14,380 bases of DNA, taken from the NCBI GenBank assembly GCA_963977445.1, contig CAXBPH010000178.1, positions 1-14,380 of the forward strand, written 5' to 3'. Position numbers and translations under genes: made by a program. Under the pieces are notes generated by a model. It saw only the letters and a list, made by a program, of their open reading frames with translations, was not told the DNA's origin and did not search any database. Positions 1-5,011 of this stretch are shown piece after piece. The stretch comes from an uncultured bacterium. GTDB taxonomy: Bacteria; Hydrogenedentota; Hydrogenedentia; Hydrogenedentales; JAEUWI01. The number at the start of each line of letters is the position of its first letter. Position 1 is the stretch's first letter.

Positions 1-112
1 GGGAGGTATTGTCGAGTTTCCGAAAGGCTTTCTCTGCCATTTCCTTCGACATATCGCCGAGGTCCAAATGAAATTCTGCCCCGCATTTGTTACAGGTGGT
101 CTTGATGTACAT
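1..112 (-). CDS. Partial (3'-truncated by window edge) hypothetical protein with an N-terminal CxxC, possibly a Zn-ribbon
   Basis: Not in the ORF track. Minus-strand ATG at 112 preceded by AGGAG (119-123). The frame is open to the window edge: MYIKTTCNKCGAEFHLDLGDMSKEMAEKAFRKLDNTS... Confidence 0.7.
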   Translation of the reverse strand, partial: MYIKTTCNKCGAEFHLDLGDMSKEMAEKAFRKLDNTS

Positions 113-140
113 TGGCTTCTCCTTTTCGAAACTGGTTGGA

Positions 141-182
141 AAATGAAAAAGCTCCCCACCGTCCGTGTTGGAAGATGGGGAG
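141..182 (-). terminator. Probable intrinsic terminator or attenuator after the DUF932-like gene
   Basis: Minus strand reads CTCCCCATC-TTCC-AACAC-GGAC-GGTGGGGAG followed by CTTTTTCATTTT, a GC-rich stem with one G-U pair and a U-tract. Confidence 0.65.
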
Positions 183-208
183 ACGATTGAAATAAGATTC
201 GTATTGGA

Positions 209-1234
209 TTAATTGACGAGGGAGAGGAGCTGTGACGCCTTGGTATCCAGCTCGGTACGTTCCCCGGCATTGGGATTCTTTCCTGCCAACCGGGTGAGGG
301 CGTCCACGATGCTGAAGATGGTGAATTTCCCGTTCTGTTCGGCAATCTTCAGGGCTTCCTTGGCCAGACTCTGATTGAAGCCCCGTTTGGTGAGGAATTT
401 CAGGGCTTCTTCGTCATCTTTGCCCAACTTTTCCTTCATGGCTTTCTTGATGACGTTGGCAAAGCCATCCCGGCGTTCATCACGTTTCTTGGCCAGTTGC
501 TCAATGTGGTAACGAATGGGGTCCAAGCTGTCGTGGACGCGGGCTGTATGCTTGCGGGAGAATTCAGTGACGTCGGTAGCATCCCAAACGATGTGGTTTT
601 GACACACCGCCTGGAACCAGAAGGTCTGAATACCTACCGTGCGTTTGCCAACTTCTGAATTCCAGAGAAAGAATCCTGGCGCGAAGGCTTCTCCCTCGAT
701 TTCCGTCCAGCCGGTGGGGTCGATAAGAAACACGAACATGTCCTGCTCTCCGCAGTAGAGACCGGAACCTGCTCCAACAGCTGTCTGGGCCGGTTGGAAG
801 TCCACAGCAAATTCATTCACCGTAGACAACAGGTCAGCATTGAATAAGCGGGTGTAGGTTGCACCGTGGATGGAACGTAACTGGTCACCGTCTGTGAGGA
901 ACTGCATGGGCTTCGTTCCACCTGGCAGCGTATCGAGAAATACATCGACTGCCGTTTTGGGCGACACTTTCTTGACCGTGTCCTTGGCGATACCGGCGAT
1001 TTTGCAGAGTTGGGTGAAACTCCAATTATTGAGCGTGTGGTTTCCGTCTTCACCCAAAGACAGCATGGGGACATGGTCTTCCAGGATGGGTCGAATGTTA
1101 CTGGGCGCGTGCCACTTCTCCACAGCATTTTGCTTCTGTTCATGGCAGTGGTTGTAAAGGGTTCTGAGGTCAGGGAAAACTTCATCCGGGGATCGATTGA
1201 ATAATTCGTCGTGTGCTTTCGTCAAGTTGGGCAT
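209..1234 (-). CDS. DUF932/DUF945-like protein associated with mobile elements (341 aa)
   Basis: Long ORF. The start is better placed at ATG 1234 (MPNLTKAHDELF), with AGGAG at 1243-1247, than at 1264. The motifs 'RSPDEVF', 'NWSFTQLC', 'PGFFLWNSEVG' and 'FQAVCQNHIVW...RKH' match my recollection of the DUF932 family. Confidence 0.8.
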   Translation of the reverse strand: MPNLTKAHDELFNRSPDEVFPDLRTLYNHCHEQKQNAVEKWHAPSNIRPILEDHVPMLSLGEDGNHTLNNWSFTQLCKIAGIAKDTVKKVSPKTAVDVFLDTLPGGTKPMQFLTDGDQLRSIHGATYTRLFNADLLSTVNEFAVDFQPAQTAVGAGSGLYCGEQDMFVFLIDPTGWTEIEGEAFAPGFFLWNSEVGKRTVGIQTFWFQAVCQNHIVWDATDVTEFSRKHTARVHDSLDPIRYHIEQLAKKRDERRDGFANVIKKAMKEKLGKDDEEALKFLTKRGFNQSLAKEALKIAEQNGKFTIFSIVDALTRLAGKNPNAGERTELDTKASQLLSLVN

Positions 1235-2367
1235 TATTGTAACTCCTGTTGGTTGGGTGAACATGGGTTGTGCATGTCGGCATAAGCAGCTTATTTACAA
1301 CGGCTTATACAATTTCTCCGACATATTCCCACCAGGAATTGATATATATAGTGCTTCTCGGGAGGCGTAGCTGGGGAAGATTGCCGAATATCCGGTATTT
1401 TTGGACCCAGTGAATGGAGTGTTGGGTATTCGGGCTGCAGAAAATGACCGTTGGAAGCGCGGAGATAGGAGGCTAAAGTACACAATTTGTGAAAAACTGG
1501 AGGGTTCGGAAGCTATCGATCGAACAAAAGAACACTTAAGCTACTGGCGTATCAGTAGTTAAATAACTTGATAATGTCGTCAAAATATAGTGTGCCGTTT
1601 TTATTGAACCTAACCCAGAATACTTGAGACAATATATGTACGCGGTTGACGCCGGGTTCGAAAACGTTGGAAAGCTTGGAATTGGCCGAGATTGCCAGAA
1701 GTATCGGAGGATATAAAATGATGTAGCGCAAAGATGAATACTCGCCCACGCTCGGATGCCCTTCAATCCGATGTACGTGGCCATATTTTAGGGCGATTTT
1801 ATACTACGAGGTCCACGGATTGGACCTCCTCTAGAGGCATGCGAATTCTTATCATGCTGAAGTCTGAGCGCAAAGCTCGACGCTTTTTCCGGCCCCTGAG
1901 CCGTTCATATTAGATTGCGAAATTAAAAATTTAACCACGAAGGAGTGCCCATATCCCCTCGTTGGACCGTGTCATTGACCAGAGTCGTTGCCGTTGTGCC
2001 TGCTTGGCAGCATTGGCAACTATGCACTTCTTGGCATCACCACGGTGTCCAGCCCCGATCATCCGGCGAGGTACGTCTTTCCGTATCGCTTGGCCCCGTC
2101 GGTCGGTCGCACCCCCCCGAGGGAAAGCCCCAATTACTGACAGTCCATTCTCACTAAAATTTGAATACCCAAAAATCATCGCCAACGCTGTTGGTTGCCA
2201 GCCGTAAGCGTCCGGTGAACGGCATCTTCCACCGCGCGGTCAGTCCGGGATTGGCGAAGCACGTGAGGGTTCTCATTTCACCCTTGCTTGAGACGCGAAC
2301 CCACTCGTAACTTCAATAAAAATAATGGTTTAGATTGATTTCAACTAAAGAGAAAAGGAGTTAGACG

Positions 2368-3396
2368 ATGTCTGACAAAAAGAAGAATGGTAAACGCGAA
2401 TGCATTTCGAAAGAAGAGGCACAAGAGCTGTTGCAGTCAGAAACTGCAGGGATACGGACCTGCATGCGAAATGGTCTGAAAAACGATATTGCTTTGGGAA
2501 AAGACGCCGAGAATGGCCTTATGAAACTTGATGGCTATGCTAACCGCAATGACTTGAAGAAGACGTGGCTTGACGAGAATATGGGGCGTCAGAAGAGTAG
2601 TGTGGGCGACAAGAGACGTCTGTACCGGCTGTCCACGGGATATTTTTCGAAGGAGATTGATAGAGTAGACCCCGTGGCATTGGCCAAGATACCGCCCTCC
2701 CTGCTACATCATGCTCTATCGAAAATGGAGGCTCGTCACAAGACCGATATGGGTCAATGGAATAAGCCGGGTATCAAACTGATTGGCATTGAGTTCCAAA
2801 CGGACAAACTGATTCTCTCGTTCGATCATACGGACAAAAAATACAACCTCGCAGAATTGAAGGTGGCTGAGCTGAAAGCCCTCGCAAAAGGGGAGCACAT
2901 ACGGAACAAGACGCCTGGCAAGTGCAAGTCGAACAAGAACTTATTGGAAATACTAATGGACCTGAAGAAAGAGCACGACAGGGCGCTTCAGTACATCAGC
3001 GAGAAGGGGCACGACGAGTTCAGAGCCAAACCTATTCCCGGCTTGGAGTCGGTTTTGGACACAGGCGACCAGGAGGGTGAACCGGCTGAGCCCAAGGTCA
3101 ACGAGGAGGCCCAACATCTTGATGCGGTGCCGACCAAAGGCGAAGAAGTACCCTCTGCCATCCAAAATGCTGAAGTGCATTCCGAACAGAACCAAGATGA
3201 CTTCGAAATCGAAGACGATGTCGAGGATGACTACGATGCCTCGGAGGCGGAGGCCAGTACTCCGACCCAAAGGAGGGCCTTACCTAGCCCGCAACCGCCA
3301 TCTGACGGCCGGTACAGATCACTTGCGGCAACTCCGGAAATTCCCTCAAGGGCCGCAATTAACCGGGAGGCTTCGTCATGCCTTCTCCCGTCGTAG
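2368..3396 (+). CDS. Hypothetical protein (342 aa) with a basic N-terminal region weakly like DUF3102 and an acidic low-complexity C-terminus
   Basis: Long ORF with AAGGAG (2355-2360) before the ATG. The segment 'IALGK...TWLDENMG...KRRLYRL' loosely resembles the DUF3102 pattern. The tail is D/E-rich (DDFEIEDDVEDDYD). Confidence 0.75.
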   Translation: MSDKKKNGKRECISKEEAQELLQSETAGIRTCMRNGLKNDIALGKDAENGLMKLDGYANRNDLKKTWLDENMGRQKSSVGDKRRLYRLSTGYFSKEIDRVDPVALAKIPPSLLHHALSKMEARHKTDMGQWNKPGIKLIGIEFQTDKLILSFDHTDKKYNLAELKVAELKALAKGEHIRNKTPGKCKSNKNLLEILMDLKKEHDRALQYISEKGHDEFRAKPIPGLESVLDTGDQEGEPAEPKVNEEAQHLDAVPTKGEEVPSAIQNAEVHSEQNQDDFEIEDDVEDDYDASEAEASTPTQRRALPSPQPPSDGRYRSLAATPEIPSRAAINREASSCLLPS

Positions 3397-3640
3397 AATT
3401 GTTGAGTGTGGAGTCTCCGATTGAGTTGACACCATTCGGGCCATACCTTTCCTCATCTGGTGACATTTAGGAAGCGCTGGCGCGGCTGGTCTAAAGAGGC
3501 CAGCCGCGCCTCCTAGAATCACATACAGGCGGTGCGCTACACCTTAGCGCTGTAGGGCTGCTAGCCCCCTGTGTTTGATTCATCTACAAATCGCCGACGA
3601 CACAGCTGTGTGTGCTCAACAAGACCAAAGGAACTCCAGA

Positions 3641-4309
3641 ATGATTTATTCGGACTCGATCTCATACAAACCGCTCGACAAGCACGAGCTAAGAAACGTT
3701 ACGAAGCAAACCATCGGAATGGCCAGGGAAATCTACCATCTTGAGAGCCTTACCAAAGGCAAAGAGGCGGGCGAAGACCGACTGAGATGCCGCTATAGTC
3801 GAAAGCTGATGCTGGACAAGGCTGTGCAGTATTGGTATGCCAAGCTCCACGAGTCTTACGCATTGCCAGACAATCATGGCAGATCACGGGTTGACCTCGA
3901 TTATCTGTACTCAATCGACGTGTGGATTCTTGAAGCTTTTCTGCCCTTACTCGTAAAGGATGACGAACGGGGAAAACGTGGCCACGACACTGCTATCAAG
4001 TGTGGCCACGAATCTATCACAATAAACTACTGCCGCGATGGCGAAGAAGAGCTTTTCGTGGCCGACCTGAAAGACTTCGACGTTGATCAGGTAGAGGGGC
4101 TCCGCATGGCGGAACTAGGTTGTAACTACTTGATACTGTATTACGATAAGGTTGACGGCGAATACACCGACAGGATTGGCCGCCCTTCATATGATATTGG
4201 CGAGGTTGGGGTCCCGGACCTGAGCTACTACCACGGTTCGGACGACTATGTGACCCATGGTACGCTAATAGAAACGATATTTTATGATCAGTACCTGCCG
4301 CCGGAATAG
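3641..4309 (+). CDS. Hypothetical protein (222 aa) with an acidic, Tyr-rich C-terminal half
   Basis: The ORF track gives 3575-4309 from a TTG. ATG 3641 (MIYSDSIS) with AAGGA at 3628-3632 is the more plausible start. No family recognised. Confidence 0.7.
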   Translation: MIYSDSISYKPLDKHELRNVTKQTIGMAREIYHLESLTKGKEAGEDRLRCRYSRKLMLDKAVQYWYAKLHESYALPDNHGRSRVDLDYLYSIDVWILEAFLPLLVKDDERGKRGHDTAIKCGHESITINYCRDGEEELFVADLKDFDVDQVEGLRMAELGCNYLILYYDKVDGEYTDRIGRPSYDIGEVGVPDLSYYHGSDDYVTHGTLIETIFYDQYLPPE

Positions 4310-4349
4310 ATACGCTCAAGCACCATCGTCACGTGACTTGTAGAGAAAT

Positions 4350-4401
4350 AGAGAAAGGCGTGGTTGGTCGGCTACGACTGGCCGCGCCTTTCTCTTTATT
4401 T
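4350..4401 (+). terminator. Long 21-bp hairpin followed by a U-rich tract, probably the terminator of the 3641-4309 gene
   Basis: AGAGAAAGGCGTGGTTGGTCG-GCTA-CGACTGGCCGCGCCTTTCTCT followed by TTATTT. All four non-Watson-Crick pairs are G-U on the + strand. Confidence 0.6.
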
Positions 4402-4577
4402 AGGAGTGGCGCGGAGATACCGATCTAAAACGACGGACCACGTCGCCTGGCCACTGAGGATGCAGCTGCCCATTACTGCAACTCAAACCAGAAGTAGCAA
4501 GCGTGTAACGGGTAGATTGTACATTCCCAACGGAGGCGATTCTCCCGATACAGAGAATAGGGTAATGCTGTACCTCG

Positions 4578-4598
4578 GGTAACGGAGCGGTAACGGAG
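4578..4598 (+). repeat. Tandem direct repeat GGTAACGGAG x2 (11-nt period), candidate integrase arm-type binding sites
   Basis: Exact copies at 4578-4587 and 4589-4598, about 65 nt from the tRNA 3' end. Degenerate copies at about 4504 (TGTAACGGGT) and 4561 (GGTAATGCTG). Confidence 0.6.
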
Positions 4599-4604
4599 AC
4601 ACAA

Positions 4605-4651
4605 GCAAAGAAAAATCGCCCAACGACTAGTTTCGTAAGTCGTTGGGCGAT
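4605..4651 (-). terminator. Intrinsic terminator downstream of the tRNA
   Basis: Perfect 14-bp stem ATCGCCCAACGACT (4615-4628) / AGTCGTTGGGCGAT (4638-4651) with a 9-nt loop, followed on the minus strand by TTTTCTTTGC. Confidence 0.75.
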
Positions 4652-4661
4652 AGAGGTTTAA

Positions 4662-4738
4662 TGGTAGCGGAGCAGGGACTCGAACCCCGGACACTCGGAT
4701 TATGATTCCGATGCTCTAACCAACTGAGCTACACCGCC
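4662..4738 (-). tRNA. tRNA-Met (CAT), most likely elongator; Ile2 not formally excluded
   Basis: The reverse complement is GGCGGTGTAGCTCAGTTGGTTAGAGCATCGGAATCATAATCCGAGTGTCCGGGGTTCGAGTCCCTGCTCCGCTACCA (77 nt). It has a canonical D arm, anticodon CAT at 4702-4704, a TTCGA T-loop and an encoded CCA. It lacks the initiator C1:A72 mismatch and the GGG/CCC anticodon stem. Confidence 0.96.
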
Positions 4739-4753
4739 TTAAAGGAGGGCGAA

Positions 4754-4762
4754 AGAATAGCA
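4754..4762 (-). promoter_or_regulatory. Extended -10 element for the tRNA promoter
   Basis: Minus strand TGCTATTCT (TGn-TATTCT) about 15 nt upstream of the tRNA 5' end. The same 9-mer occurs upstream of the beta-propeller gene (9321-9329). Confidence 0.45.
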
Positions 4763-4911
4763 TAAAAAATAGGGTACTTTCCACTATTTATTTTTGGCAG
4801 GGTCAGATCGACTGTTTCGCCGTCTGGGAGCCGGGTGCAACATGGCAACGGGGGTTCTCTCAACTAATCGGGGGGAAAGGGTCTTGTGACATGAACCCGG
4901 TACGCGGAAGA

Positions 4912-4920
4912 TGATATAGT
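4912..4920 (+). promoter_or_regulatory. Extended -10 element for the GH3-LysM gene
   Basis: TGATATAGT (TGn-TATAGT) about 90 nt upstream of the GTG start. Confidence 0.4.
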
Positions 4921-5011
4921 GCGAATTGTTCGTGGAATTCTGCAATGGGGTCGCTGAATTTCGATTGCGGGGGCGTAGGGACCTTGGCGTTAACACCATG
5001 GAGGCCGGCCG

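Larger units (their letters stand above)
1..4661. mobile_element. tRNA-proximal end of a putative integrative element (genomic island, prophage or ICE) inserted at the tRNA 3' end and continuing left beyond the window
   Basis: Lies directly downstream of the tRNA CCA end. It is visibly more AT-rich and gene-sparse than the region beyond 5000, holds a DUF932-like gene and orphans, and has tandem GGTAACGGAG repeats near the junction. No integrase or second att copy is seen in the window. Confidence 0.7.

Noticed and set aside
1400..1720. Scattered short direct repeats (CGTTGGAA, GATTGCC, ACCCAG, GGGTTCG) suggesting a CRISPR or tandem array
   Set aside because: The repeats are only 6-8 bp with inconsistent spacing, there is no repeat-spacer periodicity, and there are no cas genes.
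1830..1848. Adjacent XbaI, SphI and EcoRI sites (TCTAGA-G-GCATGC-GAATTC) resembling a cloning polylinker
   Set aside because: The order does not match a polylinker I recognise and no vector sequence flanks it. It is better explained as part of the local palindrome cluster.
2105..2145. GGGAA...GCCCC...ACTG resembling a cobalamin riboswitch
   Set aside because: Spacing and the remaining conserved elements do not fit, and there is no B12-related gene downstream.
1931..2207. Short overlapping ORFs 1931-2185(-), 1945-2157(+) and 1962-2207(+)
   Set aside because: No properly spaced RBS (AAGGAG overlaps the GTG at 1945), atypical composition and no recognisable domain.
2199..2226. AGCCGTAAGCG...ACGGC resembling group II intron domain V
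   Set aside because: The upper stem and GNRA loop do not form, and there is no domain VI or reverse transcriptase in the window.
3978..4011. Direct repeat GTGGCCACGA x2 inside the 222-aa gene
   Set aside because: It is in frame and simply encodes a repeated Gly-His-Asp/Glu, with only two copies.
4364..4694. Short ORFs 4364-4582(+) and 4473-4694(-)
   Set aside because: They overlap terminator hairpins, att repeats and the tRNA, and have no RBS or domain support.
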